A stretch of 64,000 nucleotides of DNA. It comes from Lepidodermella squamata (lineage: Eukaryota; Animalia; Gastrotricha). Positions 25,001 to 39,034 of the stretch are shown here, piece by piece. Made by a program: the position numbers and the translations under genes. The stretch covers positions 2,480,001 through 2,544,000 of the forward strand of contig JBLDXI010000002.1 of the NCBI GenBank assembly GCA_047495785.1, in the 5' to 3' direction. The first letter of the stretch is position 1; each line of letters starts with the position of its first letter. The notes under the pieces are model-generated. The model searched no databases and was not told the DNA's origin. It saw only the letters and a list, made by a program, of their open reading frames with translations.

Positions 25001-28000
25001 CGTATTTTCGTCGGTTTGTGCCAGGTCGGTGCTTGGGGCTGCTTCGACGAGTTCAACCGTCTGGAGGAACGCATGTTGTCCGCTGTCTCACAGCAAATTC
25101 AGACCATCCAAACCGCTCTACGTGATTCCGAATCCAACACTTCGGACCGCATTTCCATCGATTTGATTGGCCGGTCGGTCCGTGTCAACACTGATATGGC
25201 CATTTTCATCACGATGAACCCGGGCTATGCTGGTCGTTCGAACTTACCCGACAATTTGAAGCAACTTTTCCGCAGTTTGGCCATGACGTGTCCTGATCGC
25301 CAACTTATCGCTCAGGTATTTAAAATTTAAAATTTCAGATTCATTTTAAGAAAATTTAAAATTTCGAAAAGTTTTCGAAAATTAAAGCGTTCAACTTGTA
25401 AACAATAATTTTTGCTTCCACTATAAAAATTGAATTATTTTTTCTTAATTTATTTAGCAATTTATGCTGATTTTTATTATTTTTCTAATTTCAGGTCATG
25501 CTCTTCTCGCAAGGTTTCCAGGAGGCTGAGCTGTTAGCCTCGAAAGTCGTGCCATTCTTCAATCTCTGCATGGAACAGTTGTCCCCACAGAGCCATTACG
25601 ATTTCGGCCTTCGAGCCCTCAAGAGCGTTTTGGTCTCCGCTGGCGGTATCAAACGTGATTATCTACGCCGAAATGACGTTTCAGTTAACGAACAGTCGAT
25701 CCTCATCCAATCGATCGTCGAAACTGTCGTACCGAAACTCGTCGCTGATGATATTCCACTGCTGAATGCGCTGTTGGTCGATGTCTTCCCCGGCTCGTCG
25801 TACAATGCCGCGAAATTGGATCAACTCAAGGACAAAATCCGAGCTGTCTGCCAAGAAATGCATCTGACCTACGCTGATTCACCTGAATCAACTGGTTACA
25901 TGTGGGCGGAGAAGGTCTTGCAGCTGTACCAAATCTCGCTGCTTCACCACGGTTTCATGCTGGTCGGCCCGAGTGGCAGCGGCAAAACCACGGCCTGGCG
26001 CGTCCTCCTTAAAGCGATTGAGCAGTTGAACAACGTCGAATACGTCGCTCACGTCATTGAACCGAAGGCGTTATCGAAAGAAGCGTTGTACGGTAACTTG
26101 GACGCAAACACCCGCGAGTGGTCGGACGGTCTCTTCACCGCACTGCTGCGTCGCATTGTCGATAACGCTCGTGGCGAGCTGAAAAAACAACATTGGATCA
26201 TTTTCGACGGCGATGTCGACCCGGATTGGGTTGAAAATTTGAACTCCGTTCTGGATGATAACAAACTGCTGACCCTACCGAGCGGTGAGCGTATCGCCTT
26301 GCCTCCGAACGTTCGCATCGTTTTCGAGGTTCAAGACCTGCGTTACGCGACCCTCGCCACCGTTTCCCGTTGCGGTATGGTGTGGTTCTCGGACGAAGTT
26401 ATCGCAGTTCCAATGATTCTCGACCACTTCCTGGCCACCCTGCGCGCTATTTCTCTCGACGAATTCGAGCAGCCGATGGCAAATGTCGAGTCGGGCGAAC
26501 AATCCCAGCAGCAGCAACAAGCTGTTACCTCGCAATCGTTGCTCGCCCAGCAAGATATCGCCTCGATTCTGGCGCCGTATTTCGCCCCGAACGGCCTGGT
26601 CGTTCGCTGCCTGGAGGAGGTCGCATCGTACGATCATATCATGGAGTTCACAAAACTTCGCGCTTTGACCACGCTTTTCGGTCTGTTGAACGCCGGCGTT
26701 CGTAACATTCATCGCTACAACGCCTCTCACCCGAATTTCAACCTGAACACCCATCAATTGGAGATCTACGTGCCTCGTCTTTTGGCGCAGAGCATTGTTT
26801 GGGCTCTGGCGGGTGACGGTCGTCACAAGTACCGGATTCAGTTGTCGGACTATCTCCGCAAAATCTACACAGTCCCGTTGCCGGAGAAGAACCCGCTGGT
26901 TGATTTCGATTTGACACCCACGGGTGACTGGGTCCCATGGCAGTCCCGTGTGCCGCAAATTGAGGTCGAAAGCCACCGAGTTTGCGCGCCTGATGTCGTC
27001 ATCCCGACCTTGGATACTGTAAGGCACGAGTCTCTGCTCTCGGCCTGGCTAGCCGACCACCGGCCGCTGATTTTGTGCGGTCCGCCTGGTTCGGGTAAGA
27101 CCATGACTCTGCTATCAGCTCTGAGGTCTCTACCCGAAATCGACGTTGTTGGGTTGAACTTTTCGAGCGCTACAACTCCGGAATTGCTGTTGAAAACCTT
27201 CGATCAACACTGCGAATATCGTCGAACGCCAAATGGAATCGTCCTAACCCCTCGCCACCCTACAAAATGGTAAGAATCGCATTATTTTCGATACTTTGTA
27301 AAATGTATATAATTTTTTATTTAGGCTGGTGTTGTTTGCTGATGAAATCAACTTGCCGGATCTTGATCGTTACGGCACTCAACGTGTTATCGCCCTGATC
27401 CGCCAACTGGTCGAACGTGGCGGTTTCTACCGGCCCTCAGACCAGCAATGGGTCCGAATTGAACGACTTCAATTCGTCGGCGCTTGCAACCCGCCGTCGG
27501 ATCCTGGCCGCAAACCACTCTCAGCCCGTTTCTTACGCCACACCCCGGTCATTTACGTCGATTACCCTGCCGAGGCGTCTCTGCGCCAAATCTACGGCAC
27601 TTTCTGCCGGGCTCTCCTGAGAGGTCAATTGACCCTTCGAGCGTATGCGGAACAGCTGGCTTCGGCTATGGTTGAGCTTTACCTGATCGCCTCAGACCAC
27701 TTCACGCCGGACCAACAGCCTCACTACGTCTTTTCGCCTCGTGAGTTGACGCGTTGGACCCGAGGTGTGCACGAAGCGCTGAAACCACTCGACTCAGTGC
27801 CCCTCGACGCGATGGTCCGTTTGTGGGCCCACGAAGGCCTTCGTCTATTCCACGACCGTCTCATCTCACCAGAAGAACGCCGATGGGTTGAAGACCAAAT
27901 CGACGGAGTCGCCTTGCGCCAATTCCCGAGCATTGACCGCGATAAAGCACTCGCCCGTCCTTTGCTCTATTCAAACTGGCTGTCGAAGTACTACGTCCCA

Positions 28001-31000
28001 GTCGAGCGAAATCAGCTGGCTGAATACGTCCGTGCTCGGCTGAAAACGTTCTACGAAGAAGAATTGGACGTTCCATTGGTTTTGTTCGACGACCTGCTTG
28101 ACCATGTCCTTCGCATCGACCGAATTCTCCGCCAGCCTCAGGGCCATTTGCTGCTTGTCGGTGTTTCAGGCGCTGGCAAGACAACACTGACGCGTTTCGT
28201 CGCCTGGTTGAACGGCCTATCGATTTTCCGGGTGAAAGTCCACGCTAAATACACGGCGCAAAATTTCGACGACGATTTGCGCGTTGTTTTACGCCGAGCT
28301 GGCTGCCGGGGTGAACGCATCGTTTTCATCATGGACGAGTCTAACCTGCTGGACTCGAGTTTCCTCGAGCGAATCAACACCCTGTTGGCAAACGCCGAAA
28401 TTCCAGGCCTGTTCGAGGGTGATGAGCTAACAACGCTGTACACCCAGTGTAAAGAAGGCGCCGCTCGCGAGGGTCTGATGTTGGACGGCCAGGAGGAGAT
28501 GTACAAGTGGTTTACGGATCAAGTTGCCCGTAATCTTCACGTCGTTTTCACGATGAACCCATCAGCTGAGGGTCTGCGAAATCGCGCCTCAACATCACCT
28601 GCTCTTTTCAACCGTTGCGTAATCAACTGGTTTGGTGAATGGTCGCCCCTCGCGCTATTCCAGGTTAGAAAATTAAAAATTCGAAAAATAATATTTTAAG
28701 GTGGATTTTTTTTATTTCAGGTCGGTCGTGAGCTTACGAGCAAACTTGACATCGATCGATCAGACTACGCTCCACCTCAAAAAGTGCCGATCGCTTCGCC
28801 TCATCTGCCACCATTGGCGAACCCACCGAGCTATCGCGATATGATTGCTAACGCCTTCGTCTTCGTCCACCAGACTGTCGAACGGCTGAACGCTCGCATC
28901 GTTGCTCGAGGAGGCCGCCCGCCACCGATCGTCACGCCTCGTCACTATCTCGACATGATTCAGCAATTTGTCAAGCTTTTCAATGAAAAGCGGTCGGATC
29001 TTGAGGAGCAACAGCTCCACGTCACTGTTGGTTTGAACAAACTAGCCGAGACGGTGGAGCAAGTCGAAGAGTTGCGCCACTCGCTCGCTCAAAAGCACAT
29101 TGAGCTCGAGCAGAAGAACCAGGCTGCTAATTTGAAGCTTCAAGAAATCGTCGCCGATCAACAAGAAGCTGAGAAAGAGAAACAAAAGGCCGAGCAATTG
29201 CAAGAAGCGCTGACCCGTCAAACCGCGGTCATTGCCGAGAAACAACAACTTGTTCGAGCCGATTTGGCCCGAGTCGAGCCTGAGCTACTCGAGTCTCAAT
29301 CGGCTGTTAGAGATATCAAGCGTAAAGACTTGGTCGAAATCAGGTAATTATGCGTAAAAAATTAAATTTTTCATTATTAAGGCGGATTTTTCAAAAATTA
29401 GATCGCTTCAAAACCCGCCCGCCCCTGTCAAATTGGCTGTCGAGTCGGTTTGCACGCTTTTGGGTGAGAATGATCTCGACTGGAAAGCGCTGCGTGGTAT
29501 CCTCGTGCGCGACAATTTCATCCAGCAAATTTTGAATTTCGACGCCGAGAAAATCACGGACGAAATTCGTGAGCGTATGAAGTCTCGATTCATGAGTCAC
29601 CCTGACTACACCTACGAAAAGGTGAACCGTGCGTCAAATGCCTGCGGTCCTCTCGTTCGTTGGGCGACAGCTCTTATCAACTACTCTGACATGTTGAGCC
29701 GAGTCGAACCGCTTCGTATGGAATTGTCTCAAATTGAATCTGATGCCAAGACGAACAAAGTTCGAGTCGAGGAGGAAACTGCTCGTATTGCCGAGACCGA
29801 GCGGCGTATCCAGCGGTACAAGGACGAATATGCTCAGTTGATTCGTCAGGCCGGTACGATCAAGTCGGAACTCGTCGTTGTCCAGACTAAGGTCGAGCGA
29901 TCAGTATCGCTGATTCGCAGCCTGGAGGACGAGCGAGATCGTTGGAAGTCGTCGGCTGATGCTTTCCGCCAGCAAATGTCAACGTTGAACGGAGATGTGA
30001 TGCTTTCGGCGTCTTTCCTCGCCTACGCCGGTGCGTACGACCAGCAGCAACGCGCGGCGTTGTGGGGTGTCTGGCAGCGCCACCTTAACGCGTCTCGAAT
30101 CGCCTTCCGCCCAGACATGGCTCGAATTGAGTACCTATCAACGCCTGAAGATCGGTTAAGGTGGCGGTCGAACGGGCTACCTGCCGATGATCTGTGCATG
30201 GAAAACGCTATCTTGCTGCGCCGCTATTGCCGCTACCCGTTGATCATCGACCCGAGTGGCGAGGCGCTTGAGTTCATTCTGAGCGACTACCGCGAGAAGC
30301 GTATTGTTACCACCTCGTTCTTGGACGACTCGTTCCGGAAACAACTCGAATCGGCTCTTCGTTTCGGTAATCCGCTGTTGGTCCATGACGTCGATCGATA
30401 CGACCCTCTGCTGAACCCGGTCCTGAATCGCGAGTTGCGGCGAGCTGCAGGTCGTGTCCTGGTCACCCTGGGTGATCAAGAAATCGACGTCTCGCCCAGT
30501 TTCCTCGTTGTTTTGGCAACGCGAGACCCGGCCGTTGAACTGCCGCCAGATCTCAGCAGTCGAGTTACCGTCGCTAACTTCTCCGTCACCCGGTCCGGGC
30601 TTCAATCTCAGTGCCTTAATCGGGTCTTACGAGCTGAACGGCCTGATGTCGACGCGAAACGAAGCGATTTACTCCGTCTCCAGGGCGAGTATGTCTTCCG
30701 ACTCCGCCAACTCGAGCGGTCGTTGCTGCAAGCCCTCAACGAGTCGAAGGGCCGTTTGTTAGACGATGACACCATTCTAGCCCAACTCGAGCAACTGAAA
30801 GCCGAGGCGGCTGATGTCGAAAAGAAAATGGGAGAGATGGACACGGTCTTGGCTAACGTCGAGGCTGTTTCGAACCAGTACAGTCCGCTCGCGACCGCGG
30901 CTGTTGACGTGTATTTCCTGCTGGATTCCCTCGCGAATTTGCATTTCCTGTACCAGTTTTCGCTGCAATTTTTCCTCGATTTGTTCAACGCGATTTTGCC

Positions 31001-33699
31001 GCCGCAAAATTCGAAACGCCTCGAGGGAGTCGCAGATCAGAACGCGCGGCTAGAGATCATCACCAACGATCTTTTCGCTTTCGCCTACCGCCGCGCCGCT
31101 GTCGTCCTGGTGCAGAACGACCGCACGGCGTTTGCGGTGGCGCTGTCGCGAATCCGCCTTAAAGCGCGCGGCTTCTCCGGCTATGACGACGAATTCGAGT
31201 GGTTCCTGCGTGGTTCTCAACTGCCGCCATCGGGCGTTCAACAGGCTGATATTTTAGCCAATCTCCCACCGCTTTCAACCACCCAACAGGGCGCACTCTC
31301 CGCCTTAATCTCTCGAATTCAAGTTTTCCGTCAACCGACTTCAGTCCCGTCGAAGCAAGACTTTGCGAAATGGCTCAACTCTGCGTCGCCTGAAGGTGAA
31401 TGCCCGCAGTTGTGGACCCTGGTGACCCCGGCTAAACCCGGCCCGAACGATGCGAAACGCGTTGAAATCGAAAATGCTCTGTACTCGCTGCTGCTAATCC
31501 AGGCCCTTCGACCAGATCGCGTCGTAGCATCTGCTCGGCTGTTCGCTGAGACCGTGTTAGGCCGCGAGGTGGTCGCCGACGGTGATCGCCCGCCTAACTT
31601 TGGCGCAGTCGTTGAGAACGAAATCCGGTCCTCCGTACCAGTTTTGCTGGTCGGCACCGGTGTAGACCCGAGTGGCCGAGTCGAACAGCTGGCAAGTGAG
31701 ACCGGCCGGCCGTTGACCTCCCTGGCTATGGGCGCGCCTGAGGTGATTGAAATCGCCGATAAGACAATCAACGGCGCTGCCCGGCAGGGTCGATGGGTCC
31801 TCCTTAAAAACGTGCATCTGCAACTCGCTTGGCTGGGTCAGCTGGAGAAACGCCTGCACACCCTACAGCCTCACTCTGATTTCCGCTTGTTCCTCACCAT
31901 GGAAGCCAACCCGCGTCTGCCGACCAGCCTGCTGAGGGCGGGTCGACTTTTCGTTTTCGAGCCGTCGCCTGGTTTGAGGTCAAGCTTAGAACGCACCCTG
32001 GCTGTTCTGCCGGCGTTGAAGATGACGAAACCACCTGTTGAGCGGAGTAGGCTGTACTTGCTGCTGGCATGGCTTCACGCAACCGTGCAAGAGCGTCTGC
32101 GTTACGCCCCACTCGGCTGGTCTAGCCGGTACGAGTTCAACGATACGGATTTACGTTGTGCCCTGGACACGCTCGACGTTTGGGTCGACGGCGCGGCGTT
32201 GGGTCGGCAGAACTTGCCGCCTCAGCAAATCCCATGGACCGCCGTCCGAACCCTGCTGTCTCAGGCTGTCTACGGTGGCCGGTTAGACAACCGGTTCGAT
32301 CAAGAACTTCTCGACACCCTGCTCGACCGCCTGTTCACCGCGAAAAGTTTCGACGAGGCCTTCAAGTTGGCCACTGGTATTCCTCTGCCGGATTCTTCGG
32401 TTATCGGTAACCGCGAGGAGTTGCTTGGCTGGGCGCGCTCTCTTGGTGGAAGCGTAGGCGAACATCCTAGCTGGATTGGTCTGCCCGAATCTGCCGAAAT
32501 TGTGCTGCAAACGGCTCTAGGCAATCGCCTGGGTGGAAATCTCCTGAAACTTCAGGTGAGCTTCATCATACTGATAAAAAATCTCTATAATTTCTTTAAA
32601 TTTGAAAAATTGAAAAACTAAAAAATCCTCCTTAATTTTTTCGAAGTTTTTATAATTTATTTATTTATTTATTTATTCAGGCTCTTGACGTCGATACTGC
32701 TGAACTGTTGACTTCGCCGAGGGAAGAACGGTCTGACTCCACCCCGATGACCCCGGCCGGCCCGTCCGACGACCGTCGCCCGGCCTGGTTGCGGTCGGTG
32801 GGTGAGTTCGCAACCGCTTGGCTCGAGCGACTACCTGCCAATCTCCCCGCCGTGATTTCGACGAGTGCCCCGAAATCGGACCCTCTCGTGCGCGCTTTCG
32901 AGCGTGAACTGCAGACCGGCGCCCGGTTGCTGGTCGCAGTTCGGACCGACCTGCAACTCGTCTCCGTCGTCGCTAGCGGCAAACAGCGCGCGACCAACCA
33001 CGCGCGTCAACTGATGGCTGAACTAGCGAGGGGTCAGTTGCCGGCAGTTTGGCGGAAATACCGTGTTCCGTCGACCGTAACCGCCGTGCAGTGGCTGGCT
33101 GATTTCGCCGAGCGTGTCATCCAACTTCAAAGCCTCGCCTCACCCGCCAAATCTCAGGCGAAACAACCGATTCGAATTGGCGCACTTTTCCTCCCAGACG
33201 CCTTTGTCACCGCCAGCCGGCAACGTGTCTCTCAGCTGAAAAAATGGTCGCTTGAAGAATTGGTCCCCGAACTCATTACTAGTAAATTGATTGGATCTAA
33301 TTTTTCCCAATTTATTTAACTAATTTATTTTTAGAATCTTCAAAAGAAATGACGGCTGATGACAACGATGATTGTTCATTCCCGTTGATTGGTCTCCGAT
33401 TGGAGGGAGCTCAGTGTAACGGGACCAAGTTGACCCTACTAGCTGCAACCGGGCCCGGCACCACTGGCCCCGGCAGCGAGGATTCAGTGACTATTCTTCG
33501 CTGGAAACGATCGGCTGTCGCGACGCCGCAAGCTCCGAGCGCCAAGGCCGGCTCCGGCCTGGTGCCTGTGACGATTCCGGTGTACAATGACGGAACCCGT
33601 TCGCATCTTCTGCTCACCGTCGGCCTCGAATGCGACCCGGCCGAGCGTAGCCAGGTCACAGAACACGCCATCGCCTTCGTCGCCTCGCCACTCGGCTGA
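19078..33699 (+). CDS. DYNC1H1: Cytoplasmic dynein 1 heavy chain (about 10 exons)
   Basis: [18 protein letters not shown] tail motif; four P-loops [32 protein letters not shown]; [10 protein letters not shown]; stalk and microtubule-binding region; C-terminal domain. Introns approx. 19310-19373, 19465-19511, 19688-19740, 25316-25494, 27270-27324, 28664-28720, 29344-29401, 32556-32680, 33282-33334. Confidence 0.97.
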
Positions 33700-35397
33700 A
33701 AAAATCTATGCAGTTATTCAGAAAACTTCTATATTATTGACATTGTTAAGGTGGATTTTTGTTAGACATACTATATGTCTTAAAACGGCCTTTGAAATGG
33801 ATTCCAGTCCTAACCAAATTTGCGCAATTATTTCTCGCTTCCATTACGCCGTGATACCGATTGCTATTCTTTGTTGAACCAGGAGTGCTCGCTGCTGCTT
33901 TGGCAATTTTTAACTCGTGTTTCTCGTGTGTGATTCTTATAGCAATTATATTTACCTGTTAAACAGTCGTATTATTATTATACTTCAAAGTGATTGGAAC
34001 AAATTTCTAGTTGTGACAAACATGATCATTACACGTGCAGCAATTCGATCTAGCCCTGCGAATTTTTTCTCGTGGAATTGACAAAAATTAATGGTGTTAA
34101 CTTTTGAGTGAAATATTCAGCCTGTAGTAGTCATATGTTGCGTTTGCGGTTATTTATTATTATTTCGTCAAAGTCGATGAAGGGTGCATGCTATTTCGTG
34201 TTGAACGCTTTATCTTTAGAAACACAGATTATACTATTCGGTATTATTTGATGAGTAGATCCGCGTTGAAGTTCAAAGAATCATCAATAAAATGGTTAAC
34301 TTGCTTTCATATATTCAGGGTTGGTTGCAGTTTTGGTTCAAAATACGGTGTAGTCCAAGAAGCAGCGTTGTCTTTTACGTGGTCTTAACTGACCTAACTT
34401 CGGAAGAAATTGCAGGCAAATTGAGAATTTCAGACAATTTACCGGTAAAAAATGACGCCATGTCAAATTTTTGGCTGCCGCAATGCAATTTTATACATAA
34501 AAACGGAAAGTTTTCTTTCGGATTTTCCAGATTTCCTTGGCAGTGAAATGGGAATGAGTTCCCTGGCCAATACGAGATTTTCTAATTCATGTCTAATTTT
34601 TTCGCATCCTTTCAGTTTCGTACAGGTCTCAACGCACTTTTTCACATTTTTATTATTTATCACCATGGCGTTCTACTGCAGGTCTCTTCCGGCCATTTCC
34701 AGACTGGTCTTATCACTCTGCGTTATTTTCATGATCGGTTTCTGCCCAGTGGGTTGTAGAAAAAGAACTGGATATATCGTGGGATTACGCTAGTTTTTAA
34801 CAAATTAAGGGGGATTTTTTTCAATTTGATTATTCACTCGAATGATATTTCAAATCAAACCGGGTCTTATCAAATCGGCATCAATCTGAAATTGTAAATT
34901 TTTATTGCTGAAAGGTATGACGTTGAACTCTGGACATCATCTGAATCGGCTGAATTACTGAAGACCTTTACCATGTATAGGTGATGAGGCCGAAACGCTA
35001 GAGTTTAAGATGTCTTTCATGTCACTGTTATCTACTGAATCCTGAGACTTGAATCCCACCCAACGGTAGCAGCGGCTTCTAAACTCAAGAATTTTACTGC
35101 TCAGCTGTTGAAAAAGCAAATATCAACATTTTTTAATTATTTGATTTATTAACCAATTTATAAATGTTTCCAAAATTTAGATGATCGACAATATCGCTGT
35201 CTCTCGTAACAAATTGATTAACACCACGACTCCACCGATACTCTTGCCTCCAATTGTACCTGGCCAATCACGCGAATCCTTATGAAACAATTTCTAACTT
35301 TTGACAACTTGAACTTTTATTGTTTATCAGCCGAATAAATGCTTTTAATTATATTATTTAAGCTAGACCTTTTTGAGTTGAAATACTTTTGTCGAAT

Positions 35398-37383
35398 ATG
35401 GACTCGTTGCCTCCCGTAGCGCAGAAGTTGTGTTTGGATGGCAGTTTGCCTCGGGTACTTCGAATCGAATTTTTCCTATCAAAATTATTAAACACGTTGT
35501 TTTCAGGCTCTGCTGTGCGAATCGTGCAAGAAAATCAACGTGGGTCCTGTCATTCTGCCAAAATGCAATCACACGATTTGTGAAAATTGCATGTTGGACC
35601 ATCTTATTCCGCTACCCAGCGATTCTGAACCTTTGACGTGCCCGTTGTGTAAAAAACCACAGCCTGGAGTTGATGGAAATAATCTGCGACCCAATTTCGC
35701 TCTGAAGCGTACTGTTGGTGCGCTGTATGGCGAAGATCCTCACTACCTCAACGCTTACAAAAGCTGCAAGAAAGTCCCGGATGACATGACACATCTGTGG
35801 GAGGAAAAAGAGCTCGGCGTGCACTGCATGCACATCCCGTTTTTCACGGCCCCGAAATCCGCCACGTTTTGCGACCACTGCAATCAAGCGTTCTGTGCTG
35901 CTTGCTGGTTCGCACACTCCAAAATTCTGGAGCTGGAGCGTAACATCGTTGAGAGCGGCGTGAGTCGGATTTAGTTTCATTTTGATAATTTCTTTTCAAT
36001 TTGCGCTCAAATTTATAGATTGATTTGTCGAAAATGCACACGGCCGCAGAAGAGGGCGACTTTGATGCCCTGTACGAGCTCTTCGGCCGAGAAAACCTGT
36101 CGAAAAGCGCGAAAATTCACATGGCGAATCACCGCGATGCGCCGAACAAATGGCGCAAAACCTTGCTGATGCAAGTGGCGGCAAGTAGCAAAGGAGAAGC
36201 GGTTGATTTCGCGCGTTTTCTTCTCACCGAACACCAGGCCGATCTTCACGCAACTGATCGTTTTCGATCGAAATCGCAAGCGATACATTTTGCTGCGACG
36301 CCTGAAATGGCCAAGTTTCTCGACGAGTGCGATCCCGAGCTGATCAGCGTCAAAAATGACGACGGCGAAACGATTTTCGCGAAAGCCGCGAAGCGAGGAA
36401 ATTTCGCGTTAATCAAATTTCTGATTGATGTGAAGGGTGTCTCGATGGCTTCGGGCGACCAGAGCGTGGTGACTGCCGTTTTCAAAGCTGCGAGAAACGG
36501 CCATATCCGTACCTTGAGGATTTTGCACGAATGCGGGGCTGATTTCAGCGCTAGGTTGAAGGGGAAAACGTTGCTCAACGAAGCAGTCTGCAGTGGCAAT
36601 TTAGAGGCCATACAATTTGTCCTCGAAAAGCTTCCTCAAGCTCTCAACGCAGTGTCTGGCCGATTGGGCGGCGGTACGCCGTTGACGTGCGCGATTGGCA
36701 TGTCGAACGAGCAGGGCGTGGAGCAAGCCATGCGAGTGGTTCGCTTCCTCGTCGAGGAGTGCCATGCCGACTTGGAGGCACGCGATGGGGATGGCTATAC
36801 CCCTGCCGCCGTGGCGTGCTTTCAGGATTCCATTGTGATCCTGTCCTATTTGGTTGAGAAGGGAGCAGACCTGAAAGCCGACTTCCGAGGCAACAACCTG
36901 TTGCACGTGGTGTGTGCGGACGTCGGGTCGAAACGGGCAGTTCGACTGGTTTTGAAGCATTGCCCTGATTTGCTGGCGCGACAGACTGTGGGCGACGGGA
37001 AGACGGCGCTCGAACTCGCTTGCTTGTTCGAGTTCGCTAGAGTGGTTGAATGTCTGATCGAGGAATTCAACGTCGATGTCAACGTCGGATCTCCCATTTT
37101 GTCCTGCTGCGGTTCAGCGGAATGCGCCGGGATACTGGTGGAAAATGGGGCCGACCTTGGTGCGAGAGACGCCAATGGCAGCTCAATCCTGCACTTGTCT
37201 GTTAGCGCAGACATTCCCACTGCGAACATCATCGGCGTCATCGATTTCGTCGCTCGCAAATCGCCAGCGTTGCTGACGGCCTGGAATAATGCCAATTTTT
37301 CGCCGCTGGAGCTCGCTATAAAGGAGAAAAAACAAGAAGTTGCGAAGGCGTTGCTGGATGCAATTTTCAGAGCCATGAAATAG
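35398..37383 (+). CDS. RING-B-box-ankyrin repeat protein (exons 35398-35454, 35507-35959, 36019-37383)
   Basis: C3HC4 RING CESC..PVILPKCNHTICENC..LTCPLC; B-box-like C..H..FCDHCNQAFCAAC..H; multiple ankyrin repeats (G.TPL, GADL, LVE.GAD). Both introns phase 0, GT-AG, in frame. Confidence 0.8.
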
Positions 37384-38246
37384 CTTGTGTCTGTTGTCTC
37401 ACAAATCTGTCGTCTCGTTGCAGTTCTTCTTGCTGTTTTTCTTTTGTCGATGTGTCGATGTCGATTTGTTCGATTTGTCGATTTCTTCATTCGTTGTACC
37501 TGATTTTAAAAGTGTTCACTCTTTTCCGGTGCCGCTTGTCTCTTAGATGCTTCAGTCGCTTTTTATTTTCAGTCGTGCTTCTTCAGGTTCCTTTTGTCTC
37601 CAGCTTTGGACTTAGTATATATATGCCAGTTGTATATATGTTTCTGGCTGATGTCATCAATTTTAGGCTGTAGTACCTACGTTATATATGCAATTACGTT
37701 GCGCCCATTTTTCAATTATATATCACTGATGAAGTTAAAAAAGCACAAATAAAAAGGTGTTTTTTGTACCGTTAATTGGCGTAAGTTAAAGACCCCATCA
37801 TGAGTGGGGTACCGTTGAATAGCCCAAGAAAACGCTTTTCTGGGTAAAATGCACACAAATACAACCTATTTCAGGTACAGGGAATTACAGGCAAAGTTAT
37901 ATGGTAAAATGTTCAAAATTGTTTATTTTCGGTAGGTACAACTTCTGTGGCTGGTGGCTGCTCAACAGAATCTGCCTCGAATAAATTGAAATCATATAGG
38001 ACCATTACCAAGTGAAAAGTGGGGTTTGGCGAAATTACGTGAGATTTTGATGCCGCTTCCAAGATCAATTAAGAAGGAGTCGAACGATATAAAAAAGAGG
38101 TTGATAGTCATCAAGGTTGCTGGAATATGGGCTTCAAAGTTTACGGGTGAAATTTATCAAAATTATTTATTAAAAATAAAAAATCCTCAAAACAACTGAG
38201 TAAGAACATCTAGGAATCCATGTATCATCCCTCTTAAAACTTTACG

Positions 38247-38312
38247 GGCCAAATACGCATATTTGCGTGTACGAAATTTTGCAGTAATGGCCGTATACGC
38301 ACATTTGCGTAG
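38247..38312. repeat. Two copies of a ~42-bp unit with palindrome TACGCA-N4-TGCGT(A)
   Basis: Palindromes at 38254 and 38296. Confidence 0.8.
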
Positions 38313-38462
38313 GCGAAAGTGATGCTTTTTTTGCGAATTTTTTCTTCATAAACTGAATGCCTAAAAATCACGAAAACTGCTTGGATTAGTCAATTAACAC
38401 CCGAAAAGTCTAAATTTCAAGTCAGAATCGCGAAAAAATGCTTTTTTGGTCGAAAAATCACT

Positions 38463-38494
38463 GATTATCGATTATCGATTGTCGATTATCGATT
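38463..38494. repeat. (GATTATC)4.5 tandem repeat
   Basis: Direct reading, one variant unit GATTGTC. Confidence 0.85.
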
Positions 38495-38887
38495 TTAGTT
38501 TGACACTGATTTTTTTCCAGATTACCTATCAGATTGGCCACAATTCAAATCGTTACCTCAATATCTTCCCCTATTTTTAAATGTGCAAGAAAGACCAATG
38601 AGAAATTAAAATCAATATTCGTAAGGGAGTTTTGGCTGCAATTTTGGGTGTTCAGTGTAATGTGGAATGCAAAGCGCGATCATAAAAAAAGCTTGCTTAA
38701 ATTAAACTGCAACTCTGTTTGAGTTATTTTTTCGAATGAGCAAAATATGAATATTTATTCTCGGTGCCTTCTCTGAGTATATGGGAATGATCAGATCCTT
38801 CCTATTTTATGGCTCCAGGGAAAGGCGGGTCAAAAAATGTTCAGAGATGGACAGGGAAATTCAAATTTCCTTTCACCCACCTTATCC

Positions 38888-39034
38888 CCCGTATACGCAT
38901 ATGTGCGTAAATACGATTTGCAATATGGATCCATATACGCACTGGTGCGTAAACGCTTTTTGCAGTAAATGGCCGCATACGCACATGTGCGTAAGGCTTT
39001 TGCAATGTGGGGCCGTATACGCAAATATGCGTAT
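38888..39034. repeat. Four tandem ~40-42-bp units with palindrome TACGCA-N4-TGCGTA
   Basis: Palindromes at 38894, 38936, 38978, 39018; linkers share TTTGCA(G/A)T and GGCCG. Confidence 0.9.

Noticed and set aside
19808-33671. Many antisense and alternate-frame ORFs over dynein
   Set aside because: Shadow ORFs expected from GC-rich codon usage; no independent motifs.
38888-39034. CRISPR-like array
   Set aside because: Eukaryotic context, linkers are similar to each other rather than unique spacers, and there are no cas genes.
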